From: Podarcis gaigeae
Lineage: Eukaryota
Length of the DNA stretch: 64,000 nt
NCBI GenBank assembly: GCA_964106915.2
Contig: OZ066925.1
Direction: 5' to 3' (one strand)
This document shows positions 51,847 to 64,000 of this stretch, one piece after another. A model generated the notes under the pieces. It had not been told where the DNA came from and did not search any database. It worked only from the letters and a program-made list of their open reading frames with translations. How positions within the stretch are numbered: position 1 is the first letter of the stretch; each line of letters begins with the position of its first letter. A program made the translations under genes and the position numbers.

Positions 51847-54340
51847 CTATACATGATTATTCAGAATTAAACCCCAGTGTGTTGAGTGAGGCCTGTTCCC
51901 AGGAAATTGCATATAGGATTAAAGTCATTACTCATTGACTACTATTTGAAGGTATTGCTAAATTGCATTTGTCTTCCTGGAGCCACTGATGTCAGAATGG
52001 TAGGATTAGCCATGAGGGAACACTGCTGTTGCCCACAGGGTTTGCCTGTTGGGCAATGGTATGCTTGAACCCCATTCACACCATGTCTTGTTAAAAGCAG
52101 GGTTTTCCCCTGTAAAATAATTAGCTTCTGCCATAATTAAGCCTGTGGGGAGAAAGGGGGCAGTGAGGAGAGGAGAGGTGGCATTGAGACTTGCACTGCA
52201 AGACTTTGGGACATTGTCTTGCCTGAAGCCTCATGAGACCCAAGACCTGCCTTTTAACTTTGTGACAAAAAGTGTGAAAGGGCCTGTGCCTAACCTAAAC
52301 AGCATTCTGGGCAGACTTCTGCCATGTGCACAAGCATATGGTCTGAATGTCATGATGCCCTGCAGTCTAGCATCATTGGCTTTCCTAATAAAAGGCAACT
52401 CTCCAGTTTCAAAAGCTCCCTAGTTTTCTAAATACAAAGTCAAAGCTAAAGAACCTTGTTAGAAAATCAAAGTCAAATGCAAACCTGTAAAAGGATGTGC
52501 TTGTGTAAGCAAGGGAGCCTGCAGACAGGGGGATAACATAATCCCTGGTTGCATCTGCCTTTTTTATAGTTGTTAACTATAGATAAAGAAAATGGATGAT
52601 TTTAAAAAGCAGGTGTCCATGATAAATATGGGAGAGAGACGCCCCCACGAGTATTGGAGGTGGCACGATAAAAACATCACTACTCGTAGTGTATTCCCTC
52701 ATTCTACTATCACACAGATTTTGATAGTAGGGTTTCAAAGTGCTGCAAAAACACCTGTCTGGCCGGAACTCACAGCAGGGTTTTTACCCAGTGTTTGTGT
52801 TGCTCGGCATGCACCAAGGTTAAAAATGCCTTTCATGCAATTTCCAGCTCTTTTAAAAGCATTTTCTGTCTCCAGCTTATATTGTGATCAATATTATGAC
52901 TATTTGGGAGGATTGGAGAACCGTTATGTGCTCTTAAGGCATGGATATATTTAATTATGCCTGAGCCTTAAGTACGACACCAGCCAATTAATGTTTATTC
53001 CATTCAGCAAGGGGTGTGGGGGACCCTTCTGAGCCTGCATTCTCTCGTGGGCAACCATCCAGAGGCTGCATGCTGGTGACGGGAAGAGCTAGCGTGAAAA
53101 GCAGGCAGAGCTTGTACAGCAGGCTACATAAGCCCCTCCATCCATTTAAGAAAGAGTCATTGTCACAGTTCACAGACACATTCCTGTCTAGCAAAAGAAA
53201 GGCCCGGGGAAGAGCTAGTGGGGTATGTTGCCTCAGCACAGTCCTAAGGACTACAATTGGTCACTGAGGTTCATTACCTCTGTCTTTCACTGTCCCATAT
53301 CACATTGCAGAGTTAAGGCTACTATTCTAAACGTCAAGGGCAGGGACTTGTTCAGCTTCTCATTTCCTATTGTGATTGTTGTAGCCTTATGACTACAGGC
53401 ATGGGGGACCTTTCGCTGTCCAGAAAACACTGGACTACAACTCTAAACATCCCTGGCTGTTGGCCATTCTGACTGGATTTGATGGGTGTTTCTGTCCAAC
53501 AACACTAGGAGGGCCACGGGATTCCCTACCACTGATGTACAGCCTGATTCCATAAATACCTACTCAGAAGCAAACCCCATTTAGCTGAGAGTAAGCCACA
53601 GAGCGCTAAGCGCGAATTCATTTTCTCAGCCATAATGGCTATCCTGCCCGCGCTTGAAGGCATATTGTATTTGCTTCTTCATAGTCAACAGCCTCAACCA
53701 AATAATATTTTTTTTAAGACGTGCTGCTCACAAAGTCCTGTGGCTTGATTTACTGCCACGTAACCACCTTGCTCAGTAAAGTATGGATACCAAACCACTA
53801 AACTATGAGTCCAGAGCAGCATACTTTAAATCTTGGGTGATGGCAGATAACTAAGATCCGACAACACTGTGTACAAAGAAGGGAGGAACCGCCAAATTTA
53901 TGGCACAGTCTTTCAGTTTGTGTATCCCACCACTGGATTTATTGGTCAAAGTGTAGTTGCTCGGGTATTACTGAGACTAATAATACTTTCCCAGAAGAGA
54001 TTGACAGTCATGGAAGGCTTTGACAAAGCCCCCTTGTTTATGAGTAGTTCCTCTGTTGAATATTCTCATAATCACTATTGTCTCTGGAGATGTTTGGGAA
54101 TATGAAGTGGTGGATGTTGTGAAGATATAGTAATTTGAATATATATATTTAAGTGTGTAATAGACTGTACACAAAAAAGAGGACGGCCCATCATGGGCCC
54201 ATCACTCAAACTATGGTGAATAAATGAGGTGGGGCAGATTCTGTTTGGATGGAGAATCAAGCCCCAGTTGTGTGAATTGACCAAGGTTTTCATGTGAAAC
54301 TTATCTGTTTTCTTTTAACAAGTTATAGCAGGCATGGAAA

Positions 54341-54487
54341 CATGAAACTGTAGAGTTGGAAGGGACCCTGAGGATCATCTAGTCCAAGCCGCTGCAATGC
54401 AGTAATATGCAGCTGTCCCATATGGGGATCAAACCTGAAACCTTGACATTACCAGCACCATGCTCTAACCAACTGAGCTATCCAGGC
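54341..54487 (-). mobile_element. tRNA-Ile-derived SINE with CR1 3' tail
   Basis: Minus strand gcctggatagctcagttggttagagcatggtgctggtaatgtcaaggtttcaggtttgatccccatatgggaca resembles tRNA-Ile; followed by ctgcattgcagcggcttggactagatgatcctcagggtcccttccaactctac. Confidence 0.75.
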
Positions 54488-56053
54488 ATGGCTAAATATT
54501 TCCAGCCTTTCATGCCATGCCCAGTGGTTTTACCTTACAAAGAGATAATTTCAAGGTGAAAATTAGCTTATTTATTTAGAGGTAAATTTCACCAAGCTGG
54601 GTGCAATTTTGCTCACTAGTAAGTGTGCTTAGTGCAGCCTAGAGAGAACTTTCCAACTGTAAAAGCACTTTCTGCCCCAAGCTATCAAGGTACTTTTGAG
54701 TCAGCAACTGATGAGTTGAGTTGGCATCTGTCTGTATTGGGGGACAATGGCAACTTGAATGTTTTAGTTATGGGAAGTCAAGGTATTCTTTTTAACTCAA
54801 CTTTTCAACTCAGCTCTTCAAATTGACACTTATTCTTCTTATCTGAAAAAAAAAGCATTTTGTGGGCAGTTCAGAGCAGGCATTACCAACCTGGTGTCCA
54901 TAGATGCATATATTTGCTACAAAGGCCTTCTCCCTTCCTCTTGCAAAAATCATGCTTGAAAGAAGCATTCTACTGCAGCTAGTAGAATAGGTTGTTGTAT
55001 GTGCATGGTTGTTATGTGTATGTGACACAACAGTTTTTCTGCTTTACAAATTTGCCTGTGGGCCCCAAAAGATTGACAACCCCTGGCTTACTCTAAAAAA
55101 AAGGGGGGAAAGGTTCAATGTTTTGTGGTGTTCTATGCTCTCATGGTGAGGGAACCCAAAGGAGAATGGGATTTCCATGCAGGAGTGCTAAACAGGGCAT
55201 TTCAGCAGATGCAGTTTGTCATCTAGGGTTTAGAAAATCTGTTGCCATTAGGGCAACCATCTGGGAAAAGAGGATTTCTGTTCTTTCAGTGGTTGCACAG
55301 AAGATGCAGCTTTTCCTCAAGAATCGTATGACATACATCAGGGGGCAGACTGAGTTAACAAAATCATGACAAGGTAGAAATGTGGGCAATGGCTGGAATG
55401 GGGCACAGTGTGACCTGGTGTGTGTGTATTAGGGGTCACAAGGGTATTTAACAATACAATATTATGCACACATACTCGGAAATAAGACCCACCACTGCCC
55501 TATTAATCAGAATTACTCCTAAATAAGGGTGCAGGCAAAAGAATGTGACATACTTTATGAAGCGTTGCTAAACCTGGCACCAGGAGGGAAAGCTCCTGCT
55601 CGTGACAGGATGTGCCCACCTACATCTCATATTCCGCATAACGCTTGTGACAGGAGCCTCCTCTCTCTTTCACAACTGATCACCCTGCAGTACCATCACC
55701 AGGCCTTGCAGGATGCACCTGTGTGGACATGGGAAGTCAGTGAGGAGATGCAAAGGAGCCTCTGGGCAATACTGAGTGAGTGGAGAACCTGCCAGTCTTG
55801 ATAACTGCCACACAGCTGTTAAAAGTACAGGACCCTCTGTTTGGGTGCCATATTGGTATTCCTGCCCCCTTGCATTTTTAAATGACAGGGACCTTCTGGA
55901 ACAATATACATTGAAAGCTTTCTTTTACAGAGTCCATCTAGCTCAGTCTTGTCTTCACGGGCTGGGAGTGACTCTCCAGGGTTTCAGATAGGGGCGATGC
56001 CAGGGATCGAACCTATAGGACCTTCTGCATACAAAGCAGGTGTTCTACCCCTT

Positions 56054-56649
56054 TGTTGTTGTCGTTTAGTTGTGTCCGACTCTTTGTGACCCCCATGGAC
56101 CAGAGCACGCCAGGCACTCCTGTCTTCCACTGCCTCCCGCAGTTTGGTCAGACTCATGCTGGTAGCTTCGAGAACACTGTCCAACCATCTTGTCCTCTGT
56201 CGTCCCCTTCTTCTTGTGCCCTCCATCTTTCCCAACATCAGGGTCTTTCCCAGGGAGTCTTCTCTTCTCATGAGGTGGCCAAAGTATTGGAGCCTCAGCT
56301 TCAGGATCTGTCCTTCCAGTGGGCACTCAGGGCTGATTTCCTTCAGAATGGAAAGGTTTGATCTTCTTGCAGTCCATGGGACTCTCAAGAGTCTCCTCCA
56401 GCACCATAATTCAAAAGCATCAATTCTTTGGCGATCAGCCTTCTTGATGGTCCAGCTCTCACTTCCATACATCACTACTGGGAAAACCACGGCTTTAACT
56501 ATACGGACCTTTGTCGGCAAGGTGATGTCTCTGCTTTTTAAGATGCTGTCCAGGTTTGTCATTGCTTTTCTCCCAAAAAGCAGGCGTCTTTTAATTTCGT
56601 GACTGCTGTCACCATCTGCAGTGATCACGGAGCCCAAGAAAGTAAAATC
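56054..56649 (-). mobile_element. BovB LINE, 5'-truncated, inserted in an older SINE head
   Basis: GSVITADGDSSHEIKRRLLFGRKAMTNLDSILKSRDITLPTKVRIVKAVVFPVVMYGSESW...; (CAA)n tail; 10-bp TSD tctacccctt at 56044-56053 and 56650-56659. Confidence 0.95.
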
Positions 56650-56869
56650 TCTACCCCTTAGCTAGAGCTCTTCGCAAAATCCAGCTCTGCGCATGCTTGC
56701 AGGTTTTCAAAAACCTGTTGCCACGCGCACACGTATCTGGGAATACTAAATCCCATTGAGCCCAGCAGCATTTATTCTAATGCAACCCTGCATAAGAAAA
56801 GCACGCTATAAGTCTTTGGAAAGTGTGCTGGAAAAGATTAATAAATAAGATTTGCATGGGCAAGCATCG

Positions 56870-58520
56870 GAGGGCTGAGTGCGTGCGCGGGTTCTAGTTC
56901 TTAGGGCAGGTGGCCAATGTAGCCAGAGGAAATTTCTTCCTGAACTCGGTTGTCTCTGCTCCTCGTCCCGCCTCGGCGCCGTCTCGCTTGACTCTGGCCA
57001 GCGCTGGGTCGGTCGCGCGCGAGCCGCTCATTGAGGAATTCCTCCCGCGGGGAAGGCTAGAAACCCACAGAGAAAAGGGCGGGAGAGTTCGAGGGAGAGT
57101 GCGCGCGCGCACACACACGCACGCATTAAAGTAGCTAGGAAAGGGCTGGCTATACAGTAGCAGCTGCTGATGTTCCCACTAATATCGCCTCAGCCCGTCT
57201 CCTTCTCCCGCGCGCGCCTTTGGCAGAGGCGCCGCCGCCTGGCAAGGAGGGAGCCTCGCGCGCGTGCCGCCGCCTCCTCCTGACAGTCCCGAGGAAGCAG
57301 CCTCGCCTCAGAGGCAGCGGCGGAGGGAGGGAGAGAGCGAGTGAGTGAGAGGCAGCGCCCCAAGCTGAGAGAACCGCCCGCCGGGGGGCACACTTGTTTA
57401 ACCCTCAGAGCTTCCGCGGACATAAAGACTCCTGTCTGGGGCGTATTTTTTTTATTTAAGAGGAGGCGGAAATGGCGCTGCCCCGAGGGTCGGAAATGGA
57501 CCCATTTTCTGGAAGAGCGTTCCTGAGGCGCACGTTTCTGGGCCTCAGCTCGGCTTCCTGAGGAGACGAAGGCAGCAGCTCGTCTCCCCCCCTCGTTTCC
57601 CTCCAAAACTTCTGTCATTGGCCCCTGTGGAGGTTAATCTCCCCGCCACCCCCAAGAGCAGGCAAGCCGTTTTCGCTGGGCGAAAGAGCCCCCTTTCCCT
57701 GCATTTCTGAGGGGCGACTCGCTCCCTCGTGCGAGAGAGCGCCTCCGGGTTTTCCATTCGCGGGGCTTCCTCCTCCCGCTGAAAGCGCGCGGCTCTCCCT
57801 TCGGGCTCGAGGAGGCAGCTCGGCGGCTGCGCCGGTTGCGACTGCAGATTCCTCCACGGGGTGGTCACGTTAGACGGCGAGAGAAGGAAGGGCTGAGGGC
57901 CAGCAGCTCTTATCTGGCCGCCCTCCCGCCAGGAGAAGAAAGGAAGCGCGCCGGGAAAACTTTGGAGCAGCGCGCGCACCTCCCGCCCCCCCCCCCCAGC
58001 GAACTTGCCGAGATGAACCAGACGGCCGGAGTCTCCAACAGCGTCCGCTGCCCCAGCGGCAAAGGAGCCAAGGTAGGGGCAGCGTTGCCTTGGGAAAGTT
58101 GTGGTGCAAAGGCAGGCGAGCGAGCGAGCGAGCGGGCGGGGGGGGGGGGAGGAGGGGGAGAGAGGAAGGAGGGCCGGCGCCCGCCGCGTAATGGTCTTCT
58201 TGGCTGCTGCCACCTTCTTTGCGGGACGGCGCAGGGCTTCTACGCCGCCGCCCTGCTGTTTTGCCTGCAGTTTGGGCTCGCCTTTGCCAGAATGTGTTCA
58301 GGTACCGCGCAGGTCGGGATTCTCTGCCTGCGCGCGGTCGGGGGGGAAACGCCTGTAGCTGTAGCGCGTAAAACAGCAGTGTCAGGAGCGGGGGGGGGGG
58401 TGTCCTGTGGGTGTTGCTTCGAATCGATTCCTCGTGGAGAGTTTGGAAGAGCAGACCGGGCAACCCCAAGATCAGTGGGCGACCCGACTTCGGAAGCTTC
58501 TGGGCGTGTTTTTGTTGCTA
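56870..58520 (+). promoter_or_regulatory. CpG island: promoter, 5' UTR and start of intron 1 of DPP6a
   Basis: Abrupt rise in GC and CpG density, GC boxes (GGGCGG at ~57077), (CG)n/(CA)n tract at 57099-57126, no recognisable repeats inside; surrounds the DPP6 exon. The TSS cannot be determined from sequence. Confidence 0.88.
58013..58072 (+). CDS. DPP6: First coding exon of DPP6, isoform DPP6a/DPP6-E (Kv4 channel auxiliary subunit); 20 codons followed by a phase-0 splice donor
   Basis: gccgagATG AAC CAG ACG GCC ... AAG|GTAGGG translates to MNQTAGVSNSVRCPSGKGAK. This matches the recalled mammalian DPP6a N-terminus (MNQTAG.SN.VR.P.GKGHK, spliced to ELVGSNPPQRNWKG) far better than DPP10a (MNQTASVSHHIKCQPSKTIK). 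It lies in a CpG island. Downstream exons are outside the window. Confidence 0.9.
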
Positions 58521-59963
58521 GGGGTGGGGTTCCTTGCCTTTTAGGACTGGACACCCCTCTCCCCCTCCCCCACTTTGTGCAGAGCACGCTCGCCTTCCAC
58601 CAATCTGTTTGCGATCATTTACTAAACCAGCCGATTCAAGGGGGGGAAACCTTGAAATCGATACATCGCCTACATGAGGACACATGTAATAGTGGAGGCT
58701 CTTGGGGTTTTTTGCTTGAGTGGAAACGTCCCTTGGGGTTTTTTGCTTGAGTGTGAGCAGAGGACGGTCTAAGACGTGCAAGCGCCTTATCTGTGCAATT
58801 AGAGGTGTGCTTCATCTTGTAATCGGGGCTTTGTTGCACGGCACGATTGCAAGCACCCGTTTCTGGTTCCCTAGTTAACTTCTGGAAGTTCAGCGTCCTG
58901 GTTTGCAATGGAGCGCTCTCTGCGTTCGTGCACATATACTACATCATGTAATGAATTGTTGTCAAGCTTCATCTAGCCGCCTCATCGTCCAAGTCCCATG
59001 ACTGGACAGAATCCGTATTCACACCGTTAGTTCTGCTCCTCGGAGTGTAATCCTCTGCACTTTTACTCTGCTGTAAATCTCAGAGGTCAACGGAATCTTA
59101 AGCCCTGTTAAGGAGGGAAGAAATGCATTGTATTAATTCACACCTTTTAAAATCTTGGGCTGGGGGCATTAATGCTTCCAGGCTTGCAAGGCAGTGTAAG
59201 TAAAGCTATTCCTGTCTAACTCAAAAGTTATTGTTGCACTCCTGCTCAAGCAAGAAGTGGGGTTAAAGTTTGAATCCCAAAGCCACATTTCCCTACCTGA
59301 AGGCATGCCATACTGCAGTTAACGCTTAGGCTGAAGTCCTAACCCCATTTACCTAAGAACAAGCCCTATTGAATTCTGTAGTACTTACTTCTGAGTAGGC
59401 ACAGCTAGGATTGTCATGTTATTTTTGTGCCCCACCATCCATTTTTGAAAGCCAAGGCCTAACCCTGGAATAAATGATGAACATATGAAAGTGTACATCT
59501 CCCTTGTCACTGAGGCAACTGAGAGCTCCCATAAACTGGGATTAGGGAAGGTCCTTGCAAACTGAAGGTGATACTGGCATCTGTTTTTATGTATGTATTA
59601 AGCACTGTGTATAATTTAGTCCTCAGCCAAAGATTATAGTGCTAGCCAATAGTTTTGCACCTGTGTGCCCCCCCCCCAATATCCACATGCAACCCACTGC
59701 TGTTGAGAGAATGCACACAGCCTTCAAAAAAACACCAACAAGGTAGCCTTGGTGGTCACCTTTTAAAAGTTAGACTTTGCTGCTGGTCTAAAGTTAAATG
59801 CAGTTTGGAGGTTTGCTTTAAATGTTATTGCTATGCTAACTGTAAGGCATGTTGAGAGAAGTCTGCTTTGAAAAGTGTCATATAAAATAAAATAAGCAAA
59901 CAGAAATGCAAAGATAATACAAGCAGAACCTCACTACAAGGGTCAGGTCTGTGGCGTCTAAAG

Positions 59964-60084
59964 CAGCCTTCCCCAGCCTGGTGTCCGCCAGAGGTTTTGG
60001 ACCAAAACTCCCATCAGCCATCAGCTGGGGCTGATGGGAGTTGTAGTCCAAAACTTCTGGAATGCACGAGGTTGGGGAAGGCTA
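59964..60084. mobile_element. Palindromic hAT-type MITE in DPP6 intron 1
   Basis: Ends cagccttccccagcct / aggttggggaaggcta; TSD gtctaaag/ttctaaag. Confidence 0.8.
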
Positions 60085-62235
60085 TTCTAAAGCGTTTAAT
60101 AACTGTATATAAAAAGAAAGCTAAAGAGAGACTGAAATGGTGCAGTTAAATTACCTGCCACCATTCTTATCACAGGTCATACACACAATATGGATATATT
60201 TATCCAAAATAAGAAATAGGAGCTGAATGCTATTCACATTAGCAAGCCACAAGACAGGTGTAGTTGTTGCGCCATCTGGGAAAACGAACTGCAATTTCAT
60301 TAGTACACAACATTTGCCTTGGAATGCTGGAAAAGTGGCAATGCCTCTTTAAATGGAACACAACATGTCCCTTTTTGTTGATATTCCTGGCTAGCTACCA
60401 GACAGTTGTTGGATGTGTAAGACATTTCACCATCTTTAGGTTAGATCTCAGCACCTGAAGAGAGGTTTATGAGTCTTAAAAGCTTGCGACTCTTGAACAA
60501 TTTTGATAGTCAAAGGAGAGAAACAGAGGGAAAGCGTTATGTGCCTCTCATTTTGTGAGCCTAGAACACTATTCTGATACTTCTACCCATCCCAGAAAAA
60601 GGCAGGTTCTGCTCAGTAAGTCATACTCATAGCTAACACATGCACACACATAATACACTTTTGGTATTTCTTCACTGCTCTGTATAAAAATATTTAGTTA
60701 CAGTGACACTGTAACATTTATTACTTCAAGTGTGGTCCCATTGTTTATTTTTAAACTTCCTACAAATAGAAACTAGATGTTGGGAATAACTCTTGTGTAA
60801 CTTTCTTGAAGAAGCTTGTTTTGGTACATAGGGGATCATTCCGAGTTTTGCAGTCTAGGAAAGCAGTTGCCATGCAGTTGACAGTTTGGCTTTGGATATT
60901 TTTTGATGATCATAGTATGTTTAAATATGCAAATACACAAACTTAAATAATAATTTGATCAGTAACTCTTGATGTGAGTAAAACTCATGAACTCCCTTCC
61001 CTCTTTTCAAGACAAAACCAGAACTATTAAAATAGTTAAGTTTGCAATACTTAGCAAACCGAAACTTAACTCTGCTACACTAAGAACGTTAAATATATTA
61101 TGCATAGCTTGGTTCATAAAATGGTACTGTTTGGTATGTTTATGAAATTTATAAAGACAAGTTATTTCAAAAGGCAAAAATAGGAATTACAGATGCATAC
61201 TTATTTCATTTCATATAATTTATACACTGCTTGATTGTAAAAAAACAACAACACAAAACCCTCGAAGCGGTTTAAAAACAGAATAAAACAACAATGATGT
61301 AATATATAACTGGTGTTAGAGATGAAGCTATTTTGTGTGTGTTTTCCACCAGCATCAAACTTCATGTTGTGTGAAAATTGGGGTTGGTTTACTGAAGTAG
61401 GCTTCAGTGCTCTACAGGTGGAGTTGCTAGCTTTCTGCCTTTCCCAGCCCACTCCTGCCTTATTCCCCCCCCCCCCCCCATCTGTGTGATTTAATTCTTT
61501 TGCAGAAATAAGATAGGCAAAACCTTGCTTTCCATTCACTGGGAAGCTGCAGCAGCTAAGCACTATGTCACATACTTTTTTGTGTTTGTACAAGTCCCCA
61601 GGGCCAGTTTCTAATGTCATAGATGGCTGGGGCGGGGATGACCACTGTCTGGGACCTTAGGATGAATAAGAGTCTGTTTATAATAATAACAAGAGAACAC
61701 AGTGAAGCATCCCAGTTTGCTATGCAGTGTAGCAACTTAAAGTTCAATGAAAGATTGTTTGAGAAGAGTCATAGTAGTCATGGCTTAAATGTCAGCATTT
61801 CAATTGAATTTGTTAAGTGAACGATTAAATCCCTACAACAGCTGCTTCTACAAATGCCCTAGCTAGTTACAATTTCTATTGAAAAAGTGGTTTACTTCCT
61901 CCCCCTTTCATAATTTAAGATATTTAATTAAAGACAAAAGCTTTCTGTATGACTGAATTTGCTGCAAAGAAGCCTGTCAAAGTTCAGAAATAATACCATG
62001 CAACAAAGGACTGAAAACAAAAAGAGATGATCCAGAATGAGTAAGAGAATGAATAGATATCATTGTTGGGTGGTTCTGCACCACAGAACAGAAAACAGCT
62101 ATTTTCCAACCAGCCCACACTGCTTTCATAATGGATTGAGCACATCTGTACACCTACTGTCCTAATTCTCCATTTGTTCCAACCTATCACTGGAATCTCA
62201 AGTAGCTTCTTGGCTAGAAGTGTTAATATCCATCT

Positions 62236-62820
62236 TAGACTAGTTCTGCCCTTGAAGACTGTCCAGAGGCTGTAGCTTGTGCAGAATGCAGATGCTGGGT
62301 TGGGGAATGGAGGCAGCATGAGAGGATCATGCAGCACTGGTCCTGAATGCACTGCCCTGGCTGCCAGTGAACCCAATTCATGGTGTTAGCACTAGCACAT
62401 AAAGCCCTAAATAACTTGGGACTCAAATACCTACAAATGTCTTTCCCAGTATCAGACATCTTGGACTCTATGGTTTGCAAGTAAGGCCTTGATGGCGGTG
62501 TCACCATTGGGCCTTCCCAGTTGGCATTGACCCCATGACAGAAGCTTTTAAGTGTTGATTCCCTATTTGTGCAATGATCTCCCTAGTGAGGTGCATCTAT
62601 CTCTATCCTTATTAACTCTCAGGAAGAATCTGAAAACATTCTAGTTTGCCCGGGCAATTGGTGGCTAAAGAATATTGTTTATAGTTGTAACTGCTTTTAG
62701 AATATTTTTAATTAACTATTCTTAGAATGGTTTTTTCCCTTAAGAAAAAAAATGTGGATGAGTTTGCTATCCTGGACACCTTCAGGAAGAAGTTCAGGAT
62801 ATAAATTCAACAATTAACAT
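62236..62820 (+). mobile_element. Old L2 LINE 3' fragment in DPP6 intron 1
   Basis: Decayed LPLKTVQRL.LVQNA, L.WLPV and KALNNLG..YL motifs of L2 ORF2. Confidence 0.75.
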
Positions 62821-64000
62821 AGTAAAATTCCCATCCCACCAAATGGATCCATCATAAGAACCCGTGGACGTGAATAACAATAAAATTGGGATCAAAGCAT
62901 ACATACTAGAACAACAACACAGCAAAGCAGCAAGGCTATGCCATGAGAAAAGTGCCAAGGGCAAGGGATGATGATGATAATAATTATAATTTTATTATTT
63001 ATACCCTGCCCATCTGGCTGGACCTCCCCAGCCACTCTGGGCTGTTGGGATATCAGTGTCACTGCAGCCCCTATTTGAAAAGCTGCAGGCAACTCTCTCT
63101 CTCTCTCTAAGTACCAGCTCTGCAATGGACCCTTAAGAATTGCCTGGGCGAGTCTCCTTGAGTAGGCTTGTGGTTCTCAGCATCCAGTCATGATAGCTTC
63201 TCTTTATTTATTGGTGTGCACTGCAGTATACCACCCATGCTTTTTTATATTGACTGCAAGCACAACCATAATGTATTACCTGTGGAGGCTAAAGTAAATG
63301 ACAGACGGAGCCAACTAATTCTAGTTTTGTCTCTATTCCCCTCCCTGCTGTTCTACAAGGGGCAAGACCAAGACTACGGAGGAGGGTGCTGATGGCCAGT
63401 GCCGCTTCCTAGACTAAGGCAGTAGACAGGTGGGGGCTCACTGAAGGCAGGCTGAACTTGGTGGAGTGGTGCCCAACTTGCCCTAGTGGACCATCCTCCC
63501 ACTTTTACACAGATGTTAAGGAGCAATAGGTCTCTCTTGCCAGGGTAATATACTCTTGCAGGCCCAGTAAGGCATTCAGGGTCTGCTTCTGGAGCACAGC
63601 AGAGCAAAGAAAGGCGCAATTATATTTATTTATTGTACCTGTTATCTTCCAGTGGGGAAATTCTTCTGCATTACAATGAAAAAATGCACAATAAAATGTT
63701 TTGGGGGGCACAGAGATGATATATTGTAGGCAACCATGGGGAAATGGATTTGTGAGTGAGAAGCGTCTGGATCAGCACTGTGAAGGGTGTGTGGTAGATG
63801 CTACGCCCATCTCTCAATCCACCTCCAGCTCACTGTCGTCCTGCTTTCCAAGCTTTGAAGAGCAAGTGGTAGATTTGGCATTTTCTTAAGAGCTGGACTT
63901 ATAACCTTCTTTTTAAAGACCCAGGGCTGAATGTTCATTTGAGGCATCCCTTAATTTATTTGAAAGCACTGGCGATGTCTTATTTTGGGGTCTGATATTG

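Noticed and set aside
58013-58072. Assignment to DPP10a
   Set aside because: Both paralogs start MNQTA, but GVSNSVRCPSGKG matches DPP6a rather than DPP10a (SVSHHIKCQPSKT).
57190-58587. Several long antisense ORFs in the CpG island
   Set aside because: Low-complexity Ala/Arg/Pro/Gly translations expected from stop-poor GC-rich DNA.
57836-58750. 304-aa ORF overlapping the DPP6 exon
   Set aside because: It starts at a non-ATG codon and reads through the GT donor into GC-rich intron; only the 20 codons at 58013-58072 resemble a known protein.

Overview
Eukaryotic (vertebrate) genomic DNA, almost certainly from a lacertid lizard: it carries Podarcis-type Sauria SINEs, BovB LINEs and squamate L2, CR1 and hAT repeats. 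About 57 kb is repeat-rich intergenic sequence with one assembly gap (3495-3743). It is followed by a CpG-island promoter (~56870-58520) and a 60-nt first coding exon (58013-58072, MNQTAGVSNSVRCPSGKGAK|GT). I recognise this exon as the DPP6a/DPP6-E alternative first exon of the Kv4 auxiliary subunit DPP6. The rest of the window is intron 1. No other host gene is supported; the long ORFs in the track are retroelement fragments or GC-rich artefacts. Most notable: (1) a ~700-bp-arm inverted duplication at 31451-33275; (2) a consensus RE1/NRSE site ~8.8 kb upstream of the DPP6 exon; (3) conservation of the MNQTA inactivation motif and Cys13; (4) unrelated solo LTRs carrying an acidic-then-basic reading frame in the same phase from the LTR start; (5) two MITE families with different TIRs sharing an internal segment; (6) two different tRNA heads on the same CR1 tail; (7) several nested insertions with readable TSDs. 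Repeat family names come from recognition, not from a database search.
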